This document shows, piece by piece, positions 50,405 through 64,000 of a stretch of 64,000 bases of DNA. The stretch is from Anthoceros angustus (Eukaryota > Plantae > Anthocerotophyta). Both the position numbers and the translations under genes were made by a program. Position 1 is the first letter of the stretch, and every line of letters begins with the position of its first letter. The DNA is taken from the NCBI GenBank assembly GCA_010909165.1, contig MU008162.1, positions 1 to 64,000 of the forward strand, written 5' to 3'. The notes under the pieces were generated by a model. That model saw only the letters and a list, made by a program, of their open reading frames with translations. It was not told where the DNA came from and made no database searches.

Positions 50405-51673
50405 ATGGAAGGCAACCATAGGGAAGATGTATTGGTGAGTGAAATTGATAACCAATCCGACGCTGGAGTGGAGTGAGACTTATGAAGAAGCCACATATGA
50501 ACAACCATGGAGTGCATCTTATGAAGAAACCACGGATGACCAACCATGGAGTGATGAACAACCATGGAGTGCAACCTATAAAGAAACCACGGATGACCAA
50601 CCATGGAGTGATGAACAACCATGGGATGCAACTAATGAAGAAGCTACCCATGGAGAACCATGGCACGAAACTCGTGAAGAAGCCACCAATGGACAATCGT
50701 GGAGTGATGCGCAAGCCTCAAGACAATGACGCATGGGAAGAAGCTTATGTGCAAGATGATGAAGACAACTTCGCACATGTAACTTATGAAGGTCGATGGC
50801 CATCGCATTCCACGTATCGTCTATGCAATCTTATTACGGAAATTTGCATGATGCAAAGGTTGAGGCATTAAGGATGGACAAGTGGCTCCTAGCCTACATC
50901 CATGGCGACAAAACGGAGTTCCCATATTTTGGAGAGTGGGAAAAATCCAGAATGAAATTTTGAAGGATCTAACGATCTTTCCTTCTTTGGGAAGTCTCAC
51001 CGGTACCATAGAGATTTTAAAAGTGAAAACCTTTTATAACATAGCTGAAAACACTTGCTGCATACTTGTGATTGACCCACTTCGGGAAAAATTGAAACAA
51101 TTTGATGCAAGTGACATCGGTTCGGACGCATTGACAGCAATGGCGCCATTCACTTACAAACAACCTTTCACAGATGTTATGGATGAAGCACTACCTTTGG
51201 GAGCACTATTTGAAGAACACGATGAAGTGGAACTCGATCCTCCATGAGTTATCGCCACAAACGTCCACTACAATACTAGTTATCCTTGGTTTGAAGTAAC
51301 GCATCTTCGACGAGCCGAGGAAGACAATGCGACAGGGACAACTTGTCAAGTTGCATTTCGCTTCTGGATGGCCAAAGAGTTCAACGTCGCTTTGTTGTCC
51401 GATCCTTCATCACATTTATGGTTGTTTTGTTTGAAGCAAGTGCAAATGAAGTGGTTGTTTCACAAATCCAATGAGGAGTTTTATTTTAGTACTCCAAGTA
51501 GAGATGGTGTTGCAAGCATCTATGCCTTAGATGCACTCTCCTCAAAAACCATAGGAGAAGCTTGTAGCAAATTGTGTGCTCACCATGAAATACAAAAAGG
51601 AACACCATCAATCAATTGCACTTATTTTGTGATATGTCATAGAAGTAGGGGAATTAGTTTAACCTACCAGTGA
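50405..51673 (+). CDS. QPW-repeat gene, unit 7 copy (frameshifted)
   Basis: Homologous to 21923-23197. Confidence 0.6.
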
Positions 51674-54600
51674 TTACTTTTTAATATTTAGGTTAATCGT
51701 GAACGGTCATTACAACACGCGTTACATGTATTTAAGATAATTTTGTCATCGATTTTAATTAATTTCATCTTGCTTTGTTGTGCAATTTTGCTTAGAGCTT
51801 CCGCTCATAAATTAATATGGTATGAGAGCACTAGGTGCTCAATGCATGGATGTTGTGGTAGCTTCATGATATTCTACTTGCATTTCAAACCTATAGCATC
51901 CTTGGACCACATGGCCGCTAGGGCTGCATTCCTCCTCACTGATAATTCAAATGTGACTAGCTACCATTTACTGCGATGGCGGAGGACAGTGCCGCGTTGA
52001 TGTGAAATTTTGGTCCACCGGTTGTTGTTGACCATCTTAGAACAGTGGAGCTTGATCAACTCCTACAAAGCGGATGTTCAAGCAACAACTTGAACTAAGG
52101 AGCCGTAGGAGATCGTATCAATGCAAATCACAATCCACTGAATTGCTCTTGTTCTTCTCCCGTGAACGCCCTTGCAATCATGGTATAGCAGCCCATGATC
52201 GAAGCTTGAGAGAATCAAAGATTGGAATCATCTAGCAATCTGCCGGACAACCGCTCAATTCGGTGCGAGGATTTGATGATGAGGGTCTCCAATCGGTAAA
52301 GAATTACCTAGAGTCATGGGAAGACTCCAAGAAATTCAAGCTACGATTGATGAATTGACGATTTCCTTTGAGCACTTCCTTTGAGCACTTCATCAAGCCT
52401 TGGACAACTTAAAAAATCAGCAAGGGACCCAATCTCAACAATGTACGCTGACCTCATGCCCTCTCATAATCAGGCATGCATGGGTGTAGCTTTGTAGAAT
52501 CTTGCAGTTGTGGCGCTTCAACGTGATTACAACAATTTTGTTGGACATTTGGCTGCAATTGCAGCATATTCTGCCGAAGAGGTGCCATGGGATCTTGTGG
52601 CGGTTGCTGAAAGATGCCACCTGGACGGTGCCCTAATTGTTATTTTCTAACTGGCACCTATTCACAACCCTTGAGTTCTCCTTTCTTTAGAAACCCTAAA
52701 AATAACAATGAAACGTTATTAGTTAATGTGGAAGGATGTTAGTTAGTGCCCTTCACATCACTATAGCTTTTGCAACTTCACCTATGGGCACATTCATTCT
52801 AGTTTGGTCACATGCATCGCTATTAGTGGCTTGATCTTCGTGATATAGATGGGGATGAGGATCAGGCGTAATTTCTAAAATCCCTCTCAACTAACTTTCC
52901 ATTCATTCCCCGGTTCACGTGGTTATTTCTAACATGACTACCCAACTGATCCTATGGTGGGGCTTTACGGAAAAAGACATATTTGATGGCAAATCAGTGT
53001 ATGAGAGTTGGAGGCTAGAATGAAGGGTTTTCTAGATGCTACACATGTCCGGAATTTGTAGATGGTTCTATCCTCCACCGCCCAAGAGCTTTCTGGATGA
53101 CATCGCCAAGTTTTACAAAGGCAATAAGATTGCATTTGCCATCCTACTCTTTGGTATGGATGAAGCCACGGTGGAGGTTGAGTTCCTTCATACAAAGAAG
53201 AATGTCGGACAGTTGAAAGAAACTTATCAAGTTCATAACATCCTCACACTAGTTGCTCTGGAAACGAATACTAGGGGCGAGAATGAAGGGAGGGACAACA
53301 TTGCAGCTCACATAAGCAAGTTTTGCTATCTCAAGGCAAGGTTAGCCATGGTGGCAAGCAAGCTCAAGACATTGATGTTGTTGCTTAGCTCCTCGTAGTC
53401 TTCCACCTTTCTATCGAGTTCGTTTCCAATTAGAACTCTTCCTTGCAGCATCTATTCCACTGATTCGAGAAAAACACCAACTCGACCCTTAATGAGCTCA
53501 TTGGAACCCTACTTCAAGAGGAGCATAGTACTCATTCTAGTGGCATCGGAAGGGTGTGCACCGAGAAGGTTCTCGTTGCATCAAAGGAAAAGCGTTTGGA
53601 TAGGGAAGAGAAGGGAAGAAGAAGAAAAATCAAGAAGAAGACCAAGAAGAAGAAGAAGAAGAAGAAGAAGAAAAATCAAAAGCCACAAAAGAGTTATGAA
53701 AGGGTGTTTGAAGCAAACTCGACCTTCCCAAGTCGAAATAATGTGAGAGTGCGCAAAAGCAAAGCGCTCGACCGCAATTGTCAATGTCTAGCAAATGAAG
53801 CTTCCGTGATAGTCAAGCTTAATATTACCGTGACCATAAATTATAGATAGAACAAAGGGTCTCGTCGTTAGAACTCACAAGATAGGAAGGTACAAAAAGG
53901 GACTCACGCTTACAATGAGACAAAACCTTAAAGATCTCATATTATTTCATATATAAAACTACCAATTTATTTTACTATCCATTGATTTTATTTTTCCAAA
54001 ATGAACCCACATGATCCAGATTTTTCCTTTTTAGTGAGACTTGGAGTGACCATAAATATAGAGAATGCATACTATATATGTGTGTTGAGAATATAAATAA
54101 AGGACATACTATATATGTGTGCTATACTAGGCTATATTTATGAATGCAAGTCGATATACATTGACGCTTTAAGCTTGCAAGCGCACAAGTTCCTTTGATG
54201 TCTTAAGACCATGTGCCAAAGCCATAGCTTGTATTAAGCAAACCACACTGGCGCCACAAAGGCATAGATCGTCAAGCTCCTCTCTTGTAGTATCCAAGAG
54301 AAGCAAAGAGCAAGACCTTGAGGAGGCTGCGCATGCTTACCTTCTTTTCATAATCTTATTTAGTGTTTACGGTCTACCTTTGATTCAAGATGGAAGGCAA
54401 CCATAGGGAAGATGTATTGGTGAGTGAAATTGATAACCAATCCGGCCGCGGTGGAGTGGAGTGAGACTTATGAAGAAGCCACATATGAACAACCATGGAG
54501 TGCATCTTATGAAGAAACCACGGATGACCAACCATGGAGTGATGAACAACCATGGAGTGCAACCTATAAAGAAACCACGGATGACCAACCATGGAGTGAT

Positions 54601-55838
54601 GAACAACCATGGGATGCAACTAATGAAGAAGCTACCCATGGAGAACCATGGCACGAAACTCGTGAAGAAGCCACCAATGGACAACCGTGGAGTGATGCGC
54701 AAGCCTCAAGACAATGACGCATGGGAAGAAGCTTATGTGCAAGATGATGAAGACAACTTCGCACATGTAACTTATGAAGGTCGATGGCCATCGCATTCCA
54801 CGTATCGTCTATGCAATCTTATTACGAAATTTGCATGATGCAAAGGTTGAGGCATTAAGGATGGACAAGTGGCTCCTAGCCTACATCCATGGCGACAACA
54901 CGCAGTTCCCATATTTTGGAGAGTGGGAAAAATCCAGTAATGAGATTTTGAAGGATCTCGTAAAACGATCTTTCCTTCTTTGGGAAGTCTCAGCCGGTAC
55001 CATAGAGATTTTAAAAGTGAAAACCTTTTATAACATAGCTGAAAACACTTGCTGCATACTTGTGATTGACCCACTTCGGGAAAAATTGAAACAATTTGAT
55101 GCAAGTGACATCGGTTCGGACGCATTGAGCAATGGGCGCCATTCACTTACAAACAACCTTTCACAACAGATGTTATGGATGAAGCACTACCTTTGGGAGC
55201 ACTATTTGAAGAACACGATGAAGTGGAACCACAGGATCCTCCAGGAGTTATCGTCACAAACGTCCACTACAATACTAGTTATCCTTGGTTTGAAGTAACG
55301 CATCTTCACGAGCAGGAGGAAGACAATGCGGCAGGACAACTTCAAGTTGCATTTCGCTTGCTGGATGGCCAAAGAGTTCAACGTCGTTTTTGTTGTCCGA
55401 TCCTTCATCACATTTATGGTTGTTTTGTTTGAAGCAAGTGCAAATGAAGTGGTTGTTTCACAAATCCAATGAGGAGTTTTATTTTAGTACTCCAAGTAGA
55501 GATGGTGTTGCAAGCATCTATGCCTTAGATGCACTCTCCTCAAAAACCATAGGAGAAGGTGTAGCAAATGTGTGCTATACTAGGCTATATTTATGAATGC
55601 AAGTCGATATACATTGACGTTTTAAGCTTGCAAGCGCACAAGTTCCTTTGATGTCTTAAGACCATGTGCCAAAGCCATAGCGGTTGTATTAAGCAAACCA
55701 CACGGCGCCACAAAGGCATAGATCAAGCTCCCTCTCTTGTATCCAAGAGAAGCAAAGAGCAAGACCTTGAGGAGGCTGCGCATGCTTACCTTCTTTCATA
55801 ATCTTATTTTAGTGTTTACGGTCTACCTTTGATTCAAG

Positions 55839-57100
55839 ATGGAAGGCAACCATAGGGAAGATGTATTGGTGAGTGAAATTGATAACCAATCCGGTGGAGT
55901 GGAGTGAGACTTATGAAGAAGCCACATATGAACAACCATGGAGTGCATCTTATGAAGAAACCACGGATGACCAACCATGGAGTGATGAACAACCATGGAG
56001 TGCAACCTATAAAGAAACCACGGATGACCAACCATGGAGTGATGAACAACCATGGGATGCAACTAATGAAGAAGCTACCCATGGAGAACCATGGCACGAA
56101 ACTCGTGAAGAAGCCACCAATGGACAACCGTGGAGTGATGCGCAAGCCTCAAGACAATGACGCATGGGAAGAAGCTTATGTGCAAGATGATGAAGACAAC
56201 TTCACATGTAACTTATGAAGGTCGATGGCCATCGCATTCCACGTATCGTCTATGCAATCTTATTACGGAAATTTGCATGATGCAAAGGTTGAGGCATTAA
56301 GGATGGACAAGTGGCTCCTAGCCTACATCCATGGCGACAAAACGGAGTTCCATATTTTGGAGAGTGGGAAAAATCCATAATGAAATTTTGAAGGATCTCG
56401 TAAACGATCTTTCCTTCTTTGGGAAGTCTCGGTATAGAGATTTTAAAAGTGAAAACCTTTTATAACATAGCTGAAAACACTTGCTGCATACTTGTGATTG
56501 ACCCACGGGAAAAATTGAAACAATTTGATGCAAGTGACATCGGTTCGGACGCATTGACAGCAATGGGCGCCATTCACTTACAAACAACCTTTCACAACAG
56601 ATGTTATGGATGAAGCACTACCTTTGGGAGCACTATTTGAAGAACACGATGAAGTGGAACCACAGGATCCTCCGGAGTTATCGTCACAAACGTCCACTAC
56701 AATACTAGTTATCCTTGGTTTGAAGTAACGCATCTTCCGACGAGCGAGGAAGACAATGCGAGGACAACTTGTCAAGTTGCATTTCGTTTGCTGGATGGCC
56801 AAAGAGTTCAACGCGTCGTTTTTGTCCGATCCTTCATCACATTTATGGTTGTTTTGTTTGAAGCAAGTGCAAATGAAGTGGTTGTTTCACAAATCCAATG
56901 AGGAGTTTTATTTTAGTACTCCAAGTAGAGATGGTGTTGCAAGCATCTATGCCTTAGATGCACTCTCCTCAAAAACCATAGGAGAAGCTTGTAGCAAATT
57001 GTGTGCTCACCATGAAATACAAAAAGGAACACCATCAATCAATTGCACTTATTTTGTGATATCTGTTAGAAGTAGGGGAATTAGTTTAACCTACCAGTGA
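55839..57100 (+). CDS. QPW-repeat gene, unit 8 copy (a 3'-truncated extra copy lies at 54390-55576)
   Basis: Homologous to 21923-23197. Confidence 0.6.
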
Positions 57101-59972
57101 TTACTTTTTAATATTTAGGTTAATCGTGACGGTCATTACAACACATTACATGTATTTAAGATAATTTTGTCATCGATTTTAATTAATTTCATCTTGCTTT
57201 GTTGTGCAATTTTGCTTAGAGCTTCCGCTCATAAATTAATATGGTATGAGAGCACTAGGTGCTCAATGCATGGATGTTGTGGTAGCTTCATGATATTCTA
57301 CTTGCATTTCAAACCTATAGCATCCTTGGACCACATGGCCGCTAGGGCATTCCTCCGCTGATAATTCAAATGTGACTAGCTACCATTTATCGCGATGACG
57401 GAGGACAGTGCCGCGTTGATGTGAAATTTTGGTCCACCGTGTTGTTGACCATCTTAGAACACAAAGTGAGCTTGATCAACTCCTACAAAGCGGATGTTCA
57501 AGCAACAACTTGAACTAAGGAGCCGTAGGAGATCGTGCAATGCAAATCACAATCCACAATTGCTCTTGTTCTTCTCCCGTGAACGCCCTTGCAATCATGG
57601 TATAGCAGCCCATGATCGCAAGCTTGAGAGAATCAAAGATTGGAATCTGTAGCAATCTCGTCTTTGGACAACCGCTCAATTCAGTCGAGGATTTGATGAT
57701 GAGGGTCTCCAATCGGTGGCAGTGTAAAGAATTACCTAGAGGCGTGACCCTCCAAGAAATTCAAGCTACGATTGATGAATTGACGATTTCCTTTGAGCAC
57801 TTCACAAGCCTTGGACAACTTGCGCAAAATCAGCAAGGGACCCAATCTCAACAATGTCTTGCCCAGCCTCATGCCCTCTCATAATCGCATGCATGGGTGT
57901 AGCTTTGTAGAATCTTGCATTTGTGGCGCTTCCAAGGATTACAACAATTTTGTTGGACATTTGGCAATTTGACATATTCTGCTGCTGTGAAGAGGTGCCA
58001 TGGGATCTTGTGGTTGGTGAAAGATGCCACCGGACGGTGCCCTAATTGTTATTTTCTAGCACCTATTCACAACCCTTGAGTTCTCCTTTCTTTAGAAACC
58101 CTAAAAATAACAATGAAACGTTATTAGTTAATGTGGAAGGATGTTAGTTAGTGCCCTTCACATCACTATAGCTTTTGCAACTTCACCTCTAGGCACATGG
58201 GATCTTGTGGCGGTTGGTGAAAGATGCCACCGGTGCCCTAATTGTTATTTTCTAGTGCACCTATTCATAACCCTTGAGTTATCCTTTCTTCATAACACTA
58301 AAAATAACAATGAAACGTTATTAGTTAATGTGGAAGGATGTTAGTTAGTGCCCTTCACATCACTATAGCTTTTGCAACTTCACCTATGGGCACATGGTCA
58401 TTCTAGTTTGGTCACATGCATCGCTATTAGTGGCCCTCTTCAGATTGATATAGATGGGGATGAGGATACGTATTTCTAAAATCCTCTCAACTAACTTTCC
58501 AGCCTACATTCCCCGTTCGTGGTTATTTTCTAACATGACTACCCAAGCCGGATCCTATGGTGGGGCTTTACGGAAAAAGACATATTTGATGGCAAATCAC
58601 CTGTATGAGAGTTGGAGGCTAGAATGAAGGGTTTTCTAGATGCTACACATGTCCGGGAATTTGTAGATGGTTCTATCCCTCCACCGCCCAAGAGCTTTCT
58701 GGATGACATCGCCAAGTTTTACAAAGGCAATAAGATTGCATTTGCCATCCTACTCTTTGGTATGGATGAAGCCACGATCGAGGTTGAGTTCCTTCATACA
58801 AATGTATGGACATAGTTGAAAGAAACTTATCAAGTTCATAACATCCTCACACTAGTTGCTACCGGAAACGAATACTAGGTGAGAATGAAGGAGGGACAAC
58901 ATTGCAGCTCACATAAGCAAGTTTTGCTATCAAGGCAAGGTTAGCCATGGTGGCAAGCAAGCTCAAGACATTGATGTTGTTGCTTAGCTCCTGTAGTCTT
59001 CCACCTTTCTATCGTGTTCGTTTCCAATTAGAACTCTTCCTTGCGAGCATCTTTCGCAATTCGTCGAGAAAAACACCAACTCGACCCTTAATGAGCTCAT
59101 TGGAACCCTACTTCAAGAGGAGCATAGTACTCATTCTAGTGGCATCGGAAGGGTGTGCGAGAAGGTTCTCGTTGCATCAAAGGGAAAAGCGTTTGGATAG
59201 GGAAGAGAGAAGGGAAGAAGAAGAAAAATCAAGAAGAAGACCAAGAAGAAGAAGAAGAAGAAGAAAAATCAAAAGCCACAAAAGAGTTATGAAAGGGTGT
59301 TTGAAGCAAACTCGACCTTCCCAAGTCGAAATAATGTGGAGTGCGCAAAAGCAAAGCGCCGACCGCAATTGTCAATGTCTAGCAAATGAAGCTTCCGCGT
59401 GATAGTCAAGCTTAATATTACCGTGACCATAAATTATAGATAGAACAAAGGGTCTGCATTAGAACTCACAAGATAGGAAGGTACAAAAAGGGACCACGCT
59501 TACGCCACGCCTGAAACCTTAAAGATCTCATATTATTTCATATATAAAACTACCAATTTATTTTACTATCCATTGATTTTATTTTTCCAAAATGAACCCA
59601 CATGATCCAGATTTTTCCTTTTTAGTGAGACTTGGGTGACCATAAATATAGAGAATGCATACTATATATATGTGTGAGAATATAAATAAAGGACATACTA
59701 TATATGTGTGCTATACTAGGCTATATTTATGAATGCAAGTCGATATACATTGACGTTTAAGCTTGCAAGCACGTTCTAGTTCTTGATGTCTTAAGACCAT
59801 GTGCCAAAGCCATAGCTTGTATTAAGCAAACTGCCACGACAAAGGCATAGATCGTCAAGCTCCCTCTCTTGTAGTATCCAAGAGAAGCAAAGAGCAAGAC
59901 CTTGAGGAGGTGCGCATGCTTACCTTCTTTTCATAATCTTATTTAGTGTTTACGGTCTACCTTTGATTCAAG

Positions 59973-61235
59973 ATGGAAGGCAACCATAGGGAAGATGTAT
60001 TGGTGAGTGAAATTGATAACCAATCCGACGCAGGTGGAGTGGAGTGAGACTTATGAAGAAGCCACATATGAACAACCATGGAGTGCATCTTATGAAGAAA
60101 CCACGGATGACCAACCATGGAGTGATGAACAACCATGGAGTGCAACCTATAAAGAAACCACGGATGACCAACCATGGAGTGATGAACAACCATGGGATGC
60201 AACTAATGAAGAAGCTACCCATGGAGAACCATGGCACGAAACTCGTGAAGAAGCCACCAATGGACAACCGTGGAGTGATGCGCAAGCCTCAAGACAATGA
60301 CGCATGGGAAGAAGCTTATGTGCAAGATGATGAAGACAACCGCACATGTAACTTATGAAGGTCGATGGCCATCGCATTCCACGTATACGTCTATGCAATC
60401 TTATTACGAAATTTGCATGATGCAAAGGTTGAGGCATTAAGGATGGACAAGTGGCTCCTAGCCTACATCCATGGCGACAAACGGAGTTCCCATATTTTGG
60501 AGAGTGGGAAAAATCCGAATGAAATTTTGAAGGATCTCGAAACGATCTTTCCTTCTTTGGGAAGTCTCGGTGGTACCATAGAGATTTTAAAAGTGAAAAC
60601 CTTTTATAACATAGCTGAAAACACTTGCTGCATACTTGTGATTGACCCACTTCGGGAAAAATTGAAACAATTTGATGCAAGTGACATCGGTTCGGACGCG
60701 TGGCAGCAATGGGCGCCATTCACTTACAAACAACCTTTCACAATGATGTTATGGATGAAGCACTACCTTTGGGAGCACTATTTGAAGAACACGATGAAGT
60801 GGAACCACAGGATCCTCCAGGAGTTATCGTCCGCGTCACTACAATACTAGTTATCCTTGGTTTGAAGTAACGCATCTTCCGAGCGGAGGAAGACAATGCG
60901 AGGACAACTTGTCAAGTTGCATTTCGTTTGCTGGATGGCCAAAGAGTTCAACGCTTTTGTTGTCCGATCCTTCATCACATTTATGGTTGTTTTGTTTGAA
61001 GCAAGTGCAAATGAAGTGGTTGTTTCACAAATCCAATGAGGAGTTTTATTTTAGTACTCCAAGTAGAGATGGTGTTGCAAGCATCTATGCCTTAGATGCA
61101 CTCTCCTCAAAAACCATAGGAAGGTGTAGCAAATTGTGTGCTCACCATGAAATACAAAAGGAACACCATCAATCAATTGCACTTATTTTGTGATATCTTT
61201 GTTAGAAGTAGGGAATTAGTTTAACCTACCAGTGA
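59973..61235 (+). CDS. QPW-repeat gene, unit 9 copy (a 3' fragment recurs at 62864-63170)
   Basis: Homologous to 21923-23197. Confidence 0.6.
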
Positions 61236-64000
61236 TTACTTTTTAATATTTAGGTTAATCGTGAGCGGTCATTACAACACCGTTACATGTATTTAAGATA
61301 ATTTTGTCATCGATTTTAATTAATTTCATCTTGCTTTGTTGTGCAATTTTGCTTAGAGCTTCCGCTCATAAATTAATATGGTATGAGAGCACTAGGTGCT
61401 CAATGCATGGATGTTGTGGTAGCTTCATGATATTCTACTTGCATTTCAAACCTATAGCATCCTTGGACCACATGGCGCTAGGGCGCATTCCTCCGCTGAT
61501 AATTCAAATGTGACTAGCTACCATTTATCGATGGCGGAGGCAGTGCAGCGTTGATGTGAAATTTTGGTCCACCAGGTTGTTGACCATCTTAGAACACAGT
61601 GAGCTTGATCAACTCCTACAAAGCGGATGTTCAAGCAACAACTTGAACTAAGGAGCCGTAGGAGATCGTACCAATGCAAATCACAATCCTGAATTGCTCT
61701 TGTTCTTCTCCCGTGAACGTCCTTGCAATCATGGTATAGCAGCCCATGATCGCAAGCTTGAGAGAATCAAAGATTGGAATCTGCCTAGCAATCTCGTCTT
61801 TGGACAAGCTGCTCAATCGGTAATCGAGGATTTGATGATGAGGGTCTCCAATCGGTGTAAAGAATTACCTAGAGCATCGTTAAGACTCCAAGAAATTCAA
61901 GCTACGATTGATGAATTGACGATTTCCTTTGAGCACTTCACTGAAGCCTTGGACAACTTGCAGCAAAATCAGCAAGGGACCCAATCTCAACAATGTCGAC
62001 CTCATGCCCTCTCATAATCGGGCATGCATGGGTGTAGCTTTGTAGAATCTTGCAGATTTGTGGCGCTTCCAACCGGATTACAACAATTTTGTTGGACATT
62101 TGGCTGCAATTGCAGCATATTGTCGGGTGAAGAGGTGCCATGGGATCTTGTGGCGGTTGGTGAAAGATGCCACGACGGTGCCCTAATTGTTATTTTCTAA
62201 GCGGCACCTATTCACAACCCTTGAGTTCTCCTTTCTTTAGAAACCCTAAAAATAACAATGAAACGTTATTAGTTAATGTGGAAGGATGTTAGTTAGTGCC
62301 CTTCACATCACTATAGCTTTTGCAACTTCACCTCTAGGCACATGGGATCTTGTGGCGGTTGGTGAAAGATGCCACGACGGTGCCCTAATTGTTATTTTCT
62401 AGCTGGCACCTATTCACAACCCTTGAGTTATCCTTTCTTCATAACACTAAAAATAACAATGAAACGTTATTAGTTAATGTGGAAGGATGTTAGTTAGTGC
62501 CCCTTCACATCACTATAGCTTTTGCAACTTCACCTGTGGGCACATGGCTGTTTCTAGTTTGGTCACATGCATCGCTATTAGTGGCTTCAGTCTTCCAGTG
62601 ATATAGATGGGGATGAGGATACGAAGGCAGAATTTCTAAAATCCCTCTCAACTAACTTTCCAGCCTACATTCCCCCAGTTCCCGTGGTTATTTCTAACAT
62701 GACTACCCAAGCTGCCGGATCCTATGGTGGGGCCTTTACGGAAAAAGACATATTTGATGGCAAATCAGCGGTATGAGAGTTGGAGGGCTAGAATGAAGGG
62801 TTTTCTAGATGCTACACATGTGGAATTTGTAGATGGTTCTATCCTCCACCGCCCAAGAGCTTTCTGGATGGCCAAAGAGTTCAACGTCGTTTTTGTCCGA
62901 TCCTTCATCACATTTATGGTTGTTTTGTTTGAAGCAAGTGCAAATGAAGTGGTTGTTTCACAAATCCAATGAGGAGTTTTATTTTAGTACTCCAAGTAGA
63001 GATGGTGTTGCAAGCATCTATGCCTTAGATGCACTCTCCTCAAAAACCATAGAGAAGCCGGTAGCAAATTGTGTGCTCACCATGAAATACAAAAGGAACA
63101 CCATCAATCAATTGCACTTATTTTGTGATATCTTTGTTAGAAGTAGGGAATTAGTTTAACCTACCAGTGATTACTTTTTAATATTTAGGTTAATCGTGAA
63201 CGGTCATTACAACTGCGTTACATGTATTTAAGATAATTTTGTCATCGATTTTAATTAATTTCATCTTGCTTTGTTGTGCAATTTTGCTTAGAGCTTCCGC
63301 TCATAAATTAATATGGTATGAGAGCACTAGGTGCTCAATGCATGGATGTTGTGGTAGCTTCATGATATTCTACTTGCATTTCAAACCTATAGCATCCTTG
63401 GACCACATGGCGCTAGGGCATTCCTCCGCTGATAATTCAAATGTGACTAGCTACCATTTCTGCGATGAGCGGAGGACGGTGCAGCGTTGATGTGAAATTT
63501 TGGTCCACCAGTGTTGTTGACCATCTTAGAACACAGTGAGCTTGATCAACTCCTACAAAGCGGATGTTCAAGCAACAACTTGAACTAAGGAGCCGTAGGA
63601 GATCGTACCAATGCAAATCACAATCCACGAATTGCTCTTGTTCTTCTCCCGTGAACGTCCTTGCAATCATGGTATAGCAGCCCATGATCGCAAGCTTGAG
63701 AATCAAAGATTGGAATCATCTAGCAATCTCGTCTTTGGACAAGCTGCTCAGCCAGTCGAGGATTTGATGATGAGGGTCTCCAATCGGTAGTAGAAAGAAT
63801 TACCTAGAGCGTCGTGGAAGACTCCAAGAAATTCAAGCTACGATTGATGAATTGACGATTTCCTTTGAGCACTTCACAAGCCTTGGACAACTTGCAGCAA
63901 AATCAGCAAGGGACCCAATCTCAACAATGTCTTGACCTCATGCCCTCTCATAATCAGGCATGCATGGGTGTAGCTTTGTAGAATCTTGATTTGTGGCGCT

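Larger units (their letters stand above)
19281..64000 (+). repeat. Head-to-tail macrosatellite, basic unit ~3.97-4.0 kb, ten unit starts, runs off the window
   Basis: Marker TGGGGATGAGGAT recurs at ~19281, 24362, 28722, 32710, 38212, 43515, 48883, 52850, 58456 and 62608. Simple spacings are 3988 and 3967; longer spacings are explained by internal duplications. Confidence 0.97.

Overview
Plant-type, repeat-derived genomic DNA with frequent small indels clustered at CG/CHG sites, which look like long-read consensus errors, so many frameshifts may not be real. There are three zones. (1) 1-1029 is the tail of a ~4-kb repeat unit, ending in a 116-bp inversion. (2) 1030-19280 is a nested TE pile. 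A minus-strand Ty1/copia (Tnt1/Tork-like) element (~2051-14644, GATAG TSD) is split exactly within its GAG-pre-integrase coding sequence by a 7.7-kb TIR DNA transposon (4740-12467, AACACGAT... TIRs, 3-bp AGG TSD). That transposon carries a DUF7869/Sola1-like DDE transposase and a divergently oriented gene with a ParB/sulfiredoxin-like domain. Further right are an LTR+PBS remnant, a RING-H2 pseudogene and several minisatellites. (3) 19281-64000 is a head-to-tail macrosatellite of ten ~4.0-kb unit starts. Each unit holds a dead copia gag, a ~425-codon gene of unknown family with an acidic QPW-repeat N-terminus, a short LTR+PBS-like remnant and a small unknown ORF. Almost every unit has its own internal tandem duplication joined at a 5-14 bp microhomology. 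The most interesting candidates are the ParB-carrying transposon and the amplified QPW-gene array. No database searches were run, so family calls rest on motif recognition.
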